From NCBI RefSeq assembly GCF_000143415.4, contig NW_003314317.1:434001-498000 (forward strand): a DNA stretch of 64,000 nucleotides, given 5' to 3'. Position 1 is the stretch's first letter. Every line of letters starts with the position of its first letter. A program made the translations under genes and the position numbers. A model generated the notes under the pieces. The model saw nothing but the letters and a program-made list of their open reading frames with translations. It ran no database searches and had not been told where the DNA came from. The DNA is from Selaginella moellendorffii. Taxonomy: Eukaryota > Plantae > Lycopodiophyta. Positions 1-11,453 of the stretch are shown one piece after another.

Positions 1-391
1 TTTTGGTTTTCTAGTTGTAAGCTGTTGTAGGGAGTTCACTTTTTATAAAATCAATATAAACCACAGAATGGAAACTTTTTGCATTTCAAGAAGGCTTTCG
101 GAAGTCGACAACGTCCAAGGTCTCCAGAGGACGTTGCTGCTTTAACCGTGCAAAGTCGAACGTTCCAAGCTGCCAAGCAGCGACACTCTTGCCGAGTGTC
201 TGTTCAAGACTCAAGCAGAGTTCCAGCTAAATAATTTTCTGTGCCCCGGGGTGAAGAATCGATCTTCAGTTTCTGCGCAATTTCTTTTCTACAAATATAA
301 TTTTGCTTTGGCCAAGGATAAATCCGATGGCTGTCATTGGCCGGCCCAAGAAGGTAATTATAGACAGAGTGTAGGGTTTTTCTTTTAAGGG

Positions 392-747
392 ATGGGTTTG
401 GTGAGACTTATGAGAGATGATGGCACTGAGATTGCCAAGATGGAAGCGTATTCTACATCTTGTATCATTGGATTCTTGGAGGACCATGGAATGAAGAATG
501 TTAAAAGTTGCTATGATCTTGTCAGAAAAGATGGGACACATGTTCTTAGCGGCTGCAGCAGTGGCGATGTGTACCTAGTTCCCAAGCTGTCTCTTGCATG
601 TCAGGCTGGAAACACAGCAGCATGTGTGGCAGAAATCACTAGCTGTGTTAAAAAGATGGTAAGTCTAAAAAAGCTTTAATCTTTTAGTGGTTTATATGCA
701 AAATACTGCAGGAAAGCTGGGTCAAGTCTATGGCTGCAAATCGTTAG
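392..747 (+). CDS. Small 2-exon orphan protein, copy A (exons 392-658, 712-747; ~100 aa)
   Basis: A 53-nt GTAAGT...CTGCAG intron (659-711) gives ...SCVKKM|ESWVKSMAANR*. The same intron length and phase occur in all three copies. Confidence 0.65.
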
Positions 748-1849
748 AGGTTCAAAATCATTTGAAGTTTGAACAAGGCTTTGGTTTTTCATTTTATCAA
801 CAAGAAAACTGTTTGATTCCATATTTTTTAAGTCCTTTGCAGACAGACCGAAATAGTTTCAGAGTATAGGAAAGAATGATCACATATAAATATTTTCACG
901 GCCAGCACATCAATACAATATAAGCCACAGAAATGGAAAGTTTTTACACGTCAACAACGTCCCAGTTTCGCACGACTGCAAAGTCTGAAGTTTCGAGCTG
1001 CCAAGCAGCGTTGCTCGACGCCGCTGCTGCTGGAGTCGACTGCTCGAGAACCGCGGCGGGAGATCGTATCTAGAACTGGTCTCTGCCGGTGTAAAATTTC
1101 GGAGCCGTCCTCGTCAGCCGGGCGATTGAAGGATTGAAGCTTACGTACTTCTTGAGTCGCACTGTGGGAACCGATGGAGAAGAAGCAAGAGAAAATTATT
1201 TGCAGAGCTCGCTCGGAAATCTACAGCGTACCACTGACTTACAAGCTCAGCTCCCCGTCGCACCGGTGGTGCCGGAGCTACCGTGGCCATCACCATCGCT
1301 TTTAAAAAATTCTTGGCGCCCCGGGAGAATTTAAATTCATGTCAAGATATTGAGATGTCATTGATCTTCGGTTTCCCGCAATTTTTTTTCTACAAACACA
1401 GAAAGAGAAAGAAACGCTGGCCCAAGGGAAGAGCAGTGAAAAACTTCGGGCTACAAGACGTGTAGTCGTGCTTCCTCGTGGCTGGAGGAACCAGAGCTGG
1501 AGGATCCTCAGTCAGAGCTGGCGCTGCAATATTGTTACCTGGAGAAATTAGAGCTGGATTCTTTAGTTCCAGGCGACGCTTTTGGCGAGCCACGCTGCGT
1601 GAGAATATCATATGCCGCGTCCATGGAGTCTTTGAAAACAGCCATGGATAGCATCGAGCAGTCCTTGACACTAATTAATATTGAATGAAGACGTTGCATT
1701 TCATCGATGCTCTATACGTGTTGACGATTTCTGGAGAGATTAAATTAGTCTTAATATCCGATGGCCACCATTGGCCGGATCCGGCGGCGCAATAGTTCAG
1801 CAACTCATGTAAAAAAGATACAGGTTTATTTTGTGCTCAACTGAGAAGC

Positions 1850-2199
1850 ATGGGAATAGTGAGAGTTCTGAGAGATGACGGCACCGAGATTTTCAAGATT
1901 GACACTAACCATGCATCTTATATCTTTGATTTCTTGGAGGACCATGGAATGAAGAAAAGTTCCTATGATCTTGTTAGAAAAGATGGCACACATGTTACCA
2001 GGAGTTGCGACAGTGGCGATGTGTACCTAGTTCCCAAGCTGTCTCTTGCATGTCAGGCTGGAAACGCAGCAGCGTGTGTGGCAGAAATCACAAGCTGTGC
2101 TAAAAAGATGGTAAGTCTGAAAAAGCTTTAATCTTTTAGTGGTTTATATGCAAAATACTGCAGGAAATCTGGGTCAAGTCTATGGCTGCAAATCGTTAG
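1850..2199 (+). CDS. Small 2-exon orphan protein, divergent copy B (exons 1850-2110, 2164-2199)
   Basis: Paralog of the 392 ORF with the frame preserved despite substitutions and in-frame indels; same 53-nt intron; ends EIWVKSMAANR*. Confidence 0.65.
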
Positions 2200-2656
2200 G
2201 TACAAAATCGAACAAGGCTGAAACTAGCTCTTCAATCTCTTCAATACTTGTTTGGTTTTTCACTTTAAGCTGTTGTAGGGAGTTCACTTTTTATAAAATC
2301 AATATAAACCATAGAATGGAAACTTTTTGCATTTCAAGAAGGCTTTCGGAAGTCGACAACGTCCAAGGTCTCCAGAGGACGTTGCTGCTTTAACCGTGCA
2401 AAGTCGAACGTTCCAAGCTGCCAAGCAGCGACACTCTTGCCGAGTGTCTGTTCAAGACTCAAGCAGAGCTCCAGCTAAATAATTTTCTGTGCCCCGGGGT
2501 GAAGACATTCAGATGTAGGTTCTGCGCAATTTCTTTTCTACAAATATAATTTTTTCTTTGACTCAAGAAACGGTGGCCAAGGATAAATCCGATGGCTGTT
2601 ATTGGCCGGCCCAAGAAGGTAATTATAGATAGAGTGTAGGGTTTTATTTTTAAAGG

Positions 2657-3012
2657 ATGGGTTTGGTGAGACTTATGAGAGATGATGGCACTGAGATTGC
2701 CAAGATGGAAGCGTATACTACATCTTGTATCATTGAATTCTTGGAGGACCATGGAATGAAGAATGTTAAAAGTTGCTATGATCTTGTTAGAAAAGATGGG
2801 ACACATGTTCTTAGCGGCTGCAGCAGTGGCGATGTGTACCTAGTTCCCAAGCTGTCTCTTGCATGTCAGGCTGGAAACACAGCAGCATGTGTGGCAGAAA
2901 TCACTAGCTGTGTTAAAAAGATGGTAAGTCTAAAAAAGCTTTTATCTTTTAGTGGTTTATATGCAAAACACTGCAGGAAATCTGGGTCAAGTCTATGGCT
3001 GCAAATCGTTAG
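2657..3012 (+). CDS. Small 2-exon orphan protein, copy A' (exons 2657-2923, 2977-3012)
   Basis: Near-identical to copy A; intron 2924-2976. Confidence 0.65.
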
Positions 3013-4783
3013 AGGTCCAAAATCATTTGAAGTTTGAACAAGGCTTTGGTTTTTCATTTTATCAACAAGCAAACAGTTTGATTCCATATTTTTAAAATCC
3101 TTTGCAGACAGAGCGAAATAGTTTCAGAGTATAGGAAAGAATGATCACATATAAATATTTTCACAGCCAGCACATCAATACAATATAAGCCACAGAACTG
3201 AAAAGTTTGTACACGTCAATAACGTCCCAGTTTCGCGCGACTGCAAAGTCTAAAGTTCGAGCTGCCAAGCAGCGTTGCTCGACGCCGCTGCTGCTGGAGT
3301 CGACTGCTCGAGAACCGCGGCGGGAGATTGTATCTAGAGCCAGTTCTCGTCTCTGCCGGCATAAAATTTCGGAGCTGCTCGTCGCCAGGAGGTGTCCCGT
3401 CCTCGTCAGCCGGGCGATTGAGCTTACGTACTTCTTGAGTCGCACTGGGGGAACTGATGGAGAAGAAGCAAGAGAAAATTATTTGCAGAGCTCGCTCGGA
3501 AATCTATAGCGTACCACTGACTTACAAGCTCAGCTCCCCGTCGCACTGGTGGTGCCGGAGCTACCGTGGCCATCGCCATCGCCTTCAAAAAATTCTTGGC
3601 GCCCCGGGAGAATTTAAATTCATGTCAAGACATTGAGATGTCTTCGATCTTCGGTTTCCTGCAATTTCTTTTCTACAAACACAGAAAGAGAAAGAAACGC
3701 TGGCCCAAGGGGAAAAGCAGTGAAAAACATAGGGCTACGAGACGTGTAGTCATGCTTCCTCGTGGCTGGAGGAACCGGAGCTGGAGGATCCTCAGCCAGA
3801 GCTGGCGCTGCAATATTGTTACCTGGAGAAATTAGAGCTGGATTCCTCTTCTCCATCTCACTAATGGATCCAGCTTCCTCACCAGGTGAAGTGGAGAATC
3901 CTGCCCCTCGGGTGGCCAAAGTGCCCGAGGTGGCCCGCCCGAGCTCGACCAGTTTGGATCCTTGAGCAATTGCAAGTAAGATTTTTTTCTTGTTTATTTT
4001 CAAGGATTGCACTATGTTGATAAATGTTTTATTAGCAAGGAAACTAGAGGGATGGTTTAAGCATGTGTCCCCAGCCCACATATATTGTGTTTTGTATTTT
4101 TGCTTTCTTGTGTTTCTGAGAAGTAAGTGGATTTTCAGATTCCACTATTAATAGTTCTTGTAAATTAAATTTACCTTCTCTTAATGAGGTTTCCTGATAA
4201 GTTTGACAATACTATATTTTTTATTGCCATTTCAACTCAATATCACGTTGAGGACAACCTTTTTCAATTTGTGGATATTAATTTTGATGACTATATGTAT
4301 CTTCAATCTTTATTCCACATTTTTTTCATGCTTATTATAACTCTTTTATTTTGGGATATCATTTTGTGATTGAGAAGTTATATAAGTTTTTTTATTAGCT
4401 AAAGATATAGTATGATAGTTGCATTTAATGCTAAGTTAATAATATTTTACCTTAGGATGCCAAATTAATAATACTCTACCTAGAAGGATGACTAGAGTCA
4501 ATTACAATTTTTTATAATTTTAAGTGAACGGTGTTTGATTTGATAGAACCTTTTTACAATTGATTATTATTAATGAGTATGCCATTATTGCTTTCAATTA
4601 CTTACTTAGTAAGAGGAATCTAGTTTATTTATAACTACTGTTAAATACTTCTTCTTTAATCAATTAATATCCACACTTTTATATTACCATCAAACTTTCA
4701 ATATTTAAATTAGAATGGTTAATTGCCATATCTTAAGTACATAATTTGTTACTGCTTAATGGAGTGTGTTTACGTTAATAGAG

Positions 4784-5044
4784 GGCTCCAAGTGGGAGGT
4801 GGAACAAGTGATTGATACTAAGATTGGGGCTACTACAGGTAAGAGAGAGTATCTAGTTCTTTGGATGGGATTTCCAGCTGCTTCTGCAACATGGGAGATA
4901 TAAGAGAATCTGAAGAATGCTCTAGCAATGGTAGAAGAGTTTTGGACTAGGGCTATACGATGCCAGGCAGTCCAGCGTGTGAATCACGTCCCTCCCAAGA
5001 GCAGCCCTAGCACAACTTTGGATGAAAGGGTGACCTGCAACTAG
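4784..5044 (+). pseudogene. Chromodomain relic with an in-frame stop
   Basis: Manual translation GSKWEVEQVIDTKIGATTGKREYLVLWMGFPAASATWEI*ENLKNALAMVEEFW matches the chromo consensus (xEVExIxD...EYLVKWxGy...TWEPxxNL). Confidence 0.75.
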
Positions 5045-5417
5045 GATAGACATATGTAAATTTACTACCAAAAACCAAGATCACTTTGTGATAATTCTGT
5101 TATGCAATTTATAAATTTCAAAAGGACTTATGGTTGTTTTACCAGACCGTTAACAATTGTCGTCGGAGTGTCTTCACCAGCATCAATTTCTTCAAGAAGC
5201 AAAGAATCTGCATTCAGGTGCTTTTCAACTTTGACAATCCTGCCCAACTCTGATATGGGAAAAACTCTCCTAGTATCAGCAAGATTTAGATCCCAATCCA
5301 GATCACAAAGGCAACTTTCGTATATTCTTTGAGATTACATTCCTCTCTCTTTTATCTGCTTGGGAAGATCATAAGTCTTTCCAAAATTTGAAATTATATA
5401 AAGATAAAAAAAAAATG

Positions 5418-5501
5418 TCCGATCTGCTGGAATCGAACCAGCGGCCTAAGGATTTCTGAGAATATTACAGTCCTCCGCTCTACCAACTGAGCTAAGATCG
5501 G
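5418..5501 (-). tRNA. trnY: tRNA-Tyr(GTA) with an 11-nt intron (5454-5464)
   Basis: Reverse complement CCGATCTTAGCTCAGTTGGTAGAGCGGAGGACTGTAA[TATTCTCAGAA]ATCCTTAGGCCGCTGGTTCGATTCCAGCAGATCGGA; A and B boxes present; T-run terminator just downstream (A-run 5406-5415 on +). Confidence 0.95.
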
Positions 5502-5587
5502 ATGCTTGAACAAGATTCTGACAAGAAGAAACTCGTCAGTTTTTGCGTGCTATGACCAAATTGTAAACAACAAGATCTTTTAAAGCG

Positions 5588-5619
5588 AGATCCGCTGGAA
5601 TCGAACCACTGACGTATGG
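5588..5619 (-). pseudogene. tRNA 3'-half fragment (B-box/T-arm), tRNA-Tyr-like
   Basis: Reverse complement CCATACGTCAGTGGTTCGATTCCAGCGGATCT resembles the 3' half of the neighbouring tRNA-Tyr; no 5' half. Confidence 0.5.
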
Positions 5620-5727
5620 TAAGTTTAATTAATTTAACAAAACGTGTTTATCAAAGAACTACCATCCCAATATAGAAACGCTTGCGCCTTTTCTATTCTT
5701 GGCAAGACGATGAGTTGCAGCTGCGGA

Positions 5728-6091
5728 TTAAGTCGTGCTCTTGGTGTTCTTGGGCGTGGCTTCGTCTCGATCGGGAAGATCTTCCAGCGAGCTCCACCAT
5801 CCGCGATCCTCAAGCGATGCCGTGGGGACGCTGCGCAGCCGCTCCTCGCGGAGCTCCACCGTGTCGATTTGCCCTTCGTGGCCTTCGGGAATCCAAGTTC
5901 CAGTCACCGGATCGGGCCTCCACCATTGCTGCTTCTTTGCAGGCCCGCGAGCATCGTCTGCCGCCCCGGCGATGAATCGTGATCTTTGGCAGACAAGCAA
6001 AAGTTCGCTAGAAATTCGAGAATTTGATATCTTACCGTGCGGGCGCGATCATTGCCAATCTATGCGACACTTTGACACACTTCCCAGCCAT
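5728..6091 (-). CDS. LEA_3 family protein (LEA5/SAG21-like), 2 exons (6091-6036, 5983-5728)
   Basis: W-motif WWRPDPVTGTWIPEGHEGQIDTVELR; a 52-nt GTAAG..AG phase-2 intron joins a basic N-terminus MAGKCVKVSHRLAMIAPAR. Confidence 0.85.
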
Positions 6092-6143
6092 AGAGAGTAG
6101 TGGAAATAGAAGAGCCCCATTGTCACCCATTTAAACGTCAACC

Positions 6144-6210
6144 TTACACGTGGAAGCCTGCAATGCAAACACGTGTCAGAAAATTTCGCAACGTGGCACC
6201 CCACGTGGCG
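6144..6210. promoter_or_regulatory. ABRE/G-box cluster in the divergent LEA_3/PPR promoter
   Basis: CACGTGG (~6146), ACACGTGTC (~6169), ACGTGGC (6191) and CCACGTGGC (~6201) within ~65 bp upstream of a LEA gene. Confidence 0.65.
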
Positions 6211-6241
6211 AAGAATTAGGGCTCATGCCTCGCGCGCGGCA

Positions 6242-8149
6242 ATGGCGAGCGAGACGCTGCTCAATCGCGTTGATCCACAGCAGAAATTCGCGCAGCTCAT
6301 CCGCCGGATCGGCGACTCGCGCAATCTGCCGCGAGCGAGGGAGATCCACGCGCAGCTCCTGGCCAGCGATCTCTCGGAGGACAAGTACCTCGCCAATCTC
6401 CTGATCCAGATGTATGGCAAATGCGGCAGCGTCGAGGACGCGAGAGGGGTTTTCAATCTCATCCAGGAGGAGGCAAACATCTACTCGTGGAACATGATGC
6501 TACACGCGTATGCCGAGAATGGGCATCTGGACGATGCGTGGGAGACTTTCGATCGAATGCCCACTCGCGACACAGTGTCCTGGAATGCGATGATCTCGGC
6601 GCTGGCGCATCACGGCCAGGCGATCGAGGCCAAAGCCCTCTTTGATCGGTTGCCCGCCCCCAATCTTGTGTCGTGGAACTCGATGATCGCGGCATTTGGG
6701 CAGTCGGGGCTTCCCCTCGAGGCTAAGAGCGTGTTTGATCGCATGAAAGAGCCCAAGAACATCGTCTCCTGGAATTCGCTGCTCCACGCCTATGTTCTTG
6801 GCGGCGATTGCGCCGCCGCCATGGCGATCTTCGAGGCGATGCCGGAGCGAAACGTGATTTCGTGGACTTCGATCATGGTTTGCGTTGCCCAGCGAGGTGA
6901 TTTGGAAGCAGCGCAGCGGATCTTCGATTCCATGCCGGAGAAATCTCTGGTAACCTGGACCGCCTTGCTGCAAGCTTACGCCCAGAATGGGGAGCTCACC
7001 ACAGCCGTCCATCTCTTCGCCATTATGCCGGAGAGGAACGACATTGCTTTTACCACGCTTCTTTCCAGTTTTGGAATCCACGGCCGAGTTAGCGACGCCC
7101 GGGATCTCTTTGACAGCATTCCGGAAAAGAATCCCTCGTCGTGGAATGCGATGCTTTACGTGTATGCCCAGAATGGGCATGTGAAGGAGGCCATTGATTT
7201 GTTCGGCAAAATTCCATATCGGAATATCATCTCCTGGACTTGCATTGTGGTAATTCTCTCTGACCTTAGTGAAGTTGATCGCGCCAAAGAAGCTTTTGAA
7301 AAAATGCCCCAGTGGAATCTCGTCTCCTGGACAACGATGCTTCAGGCATATGCCCTTTCAGGGTATCTGCTACAAGCCATTGAGATGTTCAAGAATATGC
7401 CGGAGCACGACGTGGTATCTTCCACCGCGGCGATCCTGGCATATTCCCAGGACGGAAGCGTGCGATCCGCCAGGCGGGTGTTCGATTCCCTTCCCGAGCG
7501 AAACATCGTGACTTGGACTGCCATGCTCGAAGCTTACGTCGCAAACGATCTAATGGACGAGGCCGAGGAGATCTTCCACTCCATGCCGGAGATGAGCATC
7601 ACTCCGGTCACGACCATGATCGCTTTCTTCGCTCGCAAAGGAAAGCTCGATCGAGCCGAGGATTTGTTCGCCAATCTCCCAGTTTGCGATCTCCTTGCAT
7701 GGGACGCGATGCTCACAGCCTACGTACGCGGCGGCCAAAACCACGCCGCGCTAGATCTCCTCTCGGAGATGCAAATCCTTGGAGTCGAGCCGGACGAGAT
7801 CCTCTACACGAATGTTCTCACCGCCTGTAGCCAGGGAGGAATGCTCGAGGATGGAATCTACCACTTTGTGTCCATGGTTTCGGACTATGGAATCCAGGCC
7901 TCGAGCGAGCACTACTGCTGCATGGTTGATCTCATGGCCAGGGCCGGGAAGATTAAAGATGCCCAAGACTTGATTGACAACATGCCATTCACACCCAGTG
8001 AGATCGCATGGAAATCGCTGCTCAGTGCGAGCTCTAGAGAACCTTGCAAAGGCGAGAAAAATGTGAGGAGCAAAGCCGCAAAGAATGTTATAGACTTGGA
8101 CTCGACAAACGTTTTGTCCGCTCCATACATTTTACTATCAAAGATCTAG
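6242..8149 (+). CDS. PLS-class PPR protein with many short (S/SS-type) repeats and an E domain, no DYW; putative organellar RNA-editing factor
   Basis: LLIQMYGKCGSVEDARGVF; ~31-aa repeats of the NxVSWNxMI type; ACSQGG...EHYCCMVDLMARAGKIKDAQDLIDNMPFTP; likely ATG at 6242. Confidence 0.9.
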   Translation: MASETLLNRVDPQQKFAQLIRRIGDSRNLPRAREIHAQLLASDLSEDKYLANLLIQMYGKCGSVEDARGVFNLIQEEANIYSWNMMLHAYAENGHLDDAWETFDRMPTRDTVSWNAMISALAHHGQAIEAKALFDRLPAPNLVSWNSMIAAFGQSGLPLEAKSVFDRMKEPKNIVSWNSLLHAYVLGGDCAAAMAIFEAMPERNVISWTSIMVCVAQRGDLEAAQRIFDSMPEKSLVTWTALLQAYAQNGELTTAVHLFAIMPERNDIAFTTLLSSFGIHGRVSDARDLFDSIPEKNPSSWNAMLYVYAQNGHVKEAIDLFGKIPYRNIISWTCIVVILSDLSEVDRAKEAFEKMPQWNLVSWTTMLQAYALSGYLLQAIEMFKNMPEHDVVSSTAAILAYSQDGSVRSARRVFDSLPERNIVTWTAMLEAYVANDLMDEAEEIFHSMPEMSITPVTTMIAFFARKGKLDRAEDLFANLPVCDLLAWDAMLTAYVRGGQNHAALDLLSEMQILGVEPDEILYTNVLTACSQGGMLEDGIYHFVSMVSDYGIQASSEHYCCMVDLMARAGKIKDAQDLIDNMPFTPSEIAWKSLLSASSREPCKGEKNVRSKAAKNVIDLDSTNVLSAPYILLSKI

Positions 8150-8211
8150 ATTTACAAAGAATTTAGGCTGCCACGTCACTCACTTGTTCTTAGGGCTTTT
8201 GGGGGGAAGCG

Positions 8212-9863
8212 ATGAAGAGGAAGAAGATCCGGAGTGGATGGCAGAAGGTCGTGATCCAGGCGGCATTGAGATGGTTGTGTCCAGCTCTCGCAATGGCGGC
8301 GCTTCTCGTCCTCATCGCGGAACTGCGAGTTTGGCCGGATGAGAGCGGGGAGGTAGGCGCGCGTGAGATTTTCTTCTTTCTTGCGGTGTAATTCTGTGAA
8401 TTGGAAGGAAAGAAGGCCCGGATCGAAGTGGAGAATGCGAATCCAGAGATTACTGCGACAGGGAGGAAGGAATCGAATCTCGGTAGCCTGGCAATGCCGA
8501 TGAGGAGAGCGAAAGGACACAGTGAACGTAAGCGTTTTCCTTTTATGTAAGGCAGTAACGCGCAGTGTTTTTTTTTTCTCTTGTGCTTCTTCCAGCATGT
8601 TTGAAGCTCCCAAGCGATGAAGTGATTGAAAAGCTTGAATTCCCATCGAGACTTCCTAGTCCCTTGGGAGATCTTCGCTTTGCCAAGCAGTCGGGAAGTG
8701 GTGTGGAAGCAAACACGAACAGATTTGTGGGATCTCAGACCATGGCTGAGAGAAATAGCTCGTTCCAGGTGAGAATGTTAATAGCTATGCTTCTACACTA
8801 AATGTTTTTTTCTTTACTTGCTAGATTCGCGAAAATATGGAGGTGCATTGTGGTTTCTACGGTGAAGACCCTGGTTTTGACATTGACGAAGTGGACACAG
8901 CTTTTCTAAAAACTTGCAAGGCTGTTGTGACGACTTGCAACTTCGGCGGAGGAGATGATATCTATCAGCCGATTGGCATGTCAAATGCTTCTCTAGCAAA
9001 GGTCTGGCTCATCGATTTCTCTTCAGTTGATCTTCGTTTCTCACAAGAACTTTTCAGGTGTGTTACGTTGCGTTTTGGGACGAGGTGACCCTTTCGCAAA
9101 TGCCAGAGGATAAAAGACCATCTCCCGACACTCGCATGGCTGGCTTGTGGAGAGTAGTCGTCGTTCGAAACCTTCCTTTCAACGACCAGCGTCGAAACGG
9201 GAAAATTCCAAAGGTATTTCGTCCTTATAAAACCTTCTCGCTCATTGCTTTCCGAGTTGGTGCAGTTGCTGGGGCACAGACTATTTCCAAACGTCAGATA
9301 CTCAATCTGGGTGGACTCCAAGTACCAGTTCCGTCGTGATCCCATGGCAGTTTTCCATGCCCTGCTGTGGAGTCCCCAGGCAGCGCTGGGGATTTCAGAG
9401 CATGGAGCTCGACGGTGCGTTTACCGTGAAGGCAAAGCCGTGGTGGCCAAGAACAAAGCTTTGCCAGCCGAGGTGGACTTGCAACTCAGTCAGTACCAGG
9501 CGGAAGGATTTCCAGAAAACGCAACTTTCAATGGTCACAAAGGTACTGAACTATTCTTCAATGATATTTTCGTATCTAAAAACATGTCTCATGTTTTGTT
9601 TTTTTTTTGTTTGTTTTCCAGCATTGGCTGAAGCATCAGTGATTGTAAGAGAACACACTCCAGTGACCAACCTGTTTATGTGCCTGTGGTTTAACGAGGT
9701 GGTCCGCTACACTGCAAGGGACCAGCTGAGCTTTCCTTACGTTCTCCGACGCTTCGGGCTGCTCCAGCTCAACATGTTCCCCGTTTGCACACGCAAAGCG
9801 CTTGTGAATAGCATCGGCCACAAACAAAAGGCAAAACCACTCGAGAGAATTCCCACCGAGTAG
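8212..9863 (+). CDS. DUF616 (TOD1/MUCI70-like glycosyltransferase-like) protein, multi-exon
   Basis: VHCGF..., FGGGDDIYQP, RRNGKIPK, LFPNVRYSIWVDSK, EASVIVREH, CLWFNEVVRYTARDQLSFPYV split by short introns; N-terminal TM anchor from ATG 8212. Confidence 0.85.
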
Positions 9864-10177
9864 GCAATCAGGTTAGTGCCTTCCACGTTTTAATATTTCT
9901 CCACCTTTCTCCACCTTTCTCTTTTGTTTCTTCTGATATTATTTGGATTCCCTCTTCTGACTTAGATCTTGTTGCAGTCACATTTTTTTCTCGGTTCCGA
10001 AAGACGACGCCGTCTAGCAGCTGGAGTTTGCGCGTATGACCCGAACGACCGCATTCACGGCACCTTGACACGGTCCTTGAGCTCAACTCAACTTCCGGGT
10101 ATAAAAACCGAAGCAGGCTTTTCCCGGAGATCATCGCCACCACCACCACCACCACCGTCAACTTTAGCTCGATCGCC

Positions 10178-10588
10178 ATGGGTGTTCCCGAGGATCAACG
10201 AAAAGCCGCCGAAGTTTACACTGGCCAGGCCGTCTTCTCCAAGAAGTCCATGGAGCTCATGGACGAGTTTGGACTTCCATCCGGACTGCTGCCTCTCACA
10301 GGCGTGGAAGAATGCGGGATTGTGAGAGAGACCGGCTTCATCTGGATCGTCCTCAAGAAGGAGATGGAACACTACTTCAAGCTGGCGGGGCGCAGAGTCT
10401 CGTTTGGGACGGAGATCACGGCCGTGGCTGCCAGCGGCCAGCTCAAGAACATAACCGGGATCAAGGCCCGCGAGATGATGCTGTGGGTGGAGGTGAAAGC
10501 CATGGAAGTCGAGCAGCGCAAGATCCGGTTTAGAGCTCTCGCTGGGATCACTCGCTCGTTCCCGGTGGATTGCTTCGCTGCGGTATGA
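10178..10588 (+). CDS. DUF538 family protein
   Basis: ELMDEFGLPSGLLPL..VEECG....TGFIWI....EHYF...GIKAREMMLWV; TATA box at ~10099. Confidence 0.9.
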   Translation: MGVPEDQRKAAEVYTGQAVFSKKSMELMDEFGLPSGLLPLTGVEECGIVRETGFIWIVLKKEMEHYFKLAGRRVSFGTEITAVAASGQLKNITGIKAREMMLWVEVKAMEVEQRKIRFRALAGITRSFPVDCFAAV

Positions 10589-11030
10589 AGAAGAGATCGA
10601 TTAGTCCTATAAATTCCACTCTTTGGATCAAAGTTAAACGATTAGTTCTATATATTTGAGTCGGAATTATAAACGATTGTAGTTACATTTTCTTAGCCAA
10701 AAGGTTGGTTCTTGTTTCCATTTTTCGGTTCGATATCTCTCGCCCTCAAACTTAAAAAGACCGCGTCAACTTTTTCCACGAGAAATACATATTTTGTTTT
10801 GTTTCTCGTTATACGGGCTGCGTGGTTCGCCACCTAACGAGAGTAAATTTTGCTGACACGCGCGCCCGTACGCTCCACCACTTGTGGACCCCTGGCTCAT
10901 CCCGCCTCTGTATAAAACGTACAATCCCTCCCTTCTCTTCCCTGTGTATCTCGTCTATAGCCATAGCTAGAGCTGAGTGAGAGAAGAGCACTCCAGAAGA
11001 GGGAAAGAGAGCTCTCGAGCTTCCACAGCT

Positions 11031-11453
11031 ATGGTGGTCACCGACGAGCAGAAGAAGGGCGGCGAGATGTACCAGGGGCACGAAGTTTGCCTGCCCAAGG
11101 CGGTGGAATTGCTCCAGCAGTTTGGATTGCCTGGAGGGCTCTTGCCCCTTGAGGATGTCGAGGAATGCGGCGTGGTGCACGACACCGGCTTCGTCTGGAT
11201 CCTCTCCAAGAAGAAAGTGGAGCACTACTTCAAGCTCGCCAAGCGCAAGGTGTGCTACGGCACCGAGATCACGGCTCACATCGTCAAGAACAAGCTGGGG
11301 CAGCTGCGCGGTGTCAAGGCCAGAGAGCTGCTGCTGTGGGTGGACGTGAACGAGATCGAGGTGGACGAGCGCGACTCGGGTAAGATCCACTTCCGCGGCC
11401 TGGCCGGGATCACGCGGACTTTCCCGGTGGAGTGCTTCGCTCCAGGCGAGTGA
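11031..11453 (+). CDS. DUF538 family protein (tandem paralog)
   Basis: ELLQQFGLPGGLLPL..VEECG...GVKARELLLWV; start aligned with the paralog; TATA box at ~10911. Confidence 0.9.
   Translation: MVVTDEQKKGGEMYQGHEVCLPKAVELLQQFGLPGGLLPLEDVEECGVVHDTGFVWILSKKKVEHYFKLAKRKVCYGTEITAHIVKNKLGQLRGVKARELLLWVDVNEIEVDERDSGKIHFRGLAGITRTFPVECFAPGE

Larger units (their letters stand above)
1..3846. repeat. Tandem segmental duplication, ~2.25-2.28-kb period (1-1561 repeated at ~2251-3846); probably continues left of the window
   Basis: Near-identical blocks: ATG 392 vs 2657, 1283 vs 3566. Similarity ends after 'gagctggattc' (1561 vs 3846). Confidence 0.9.
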
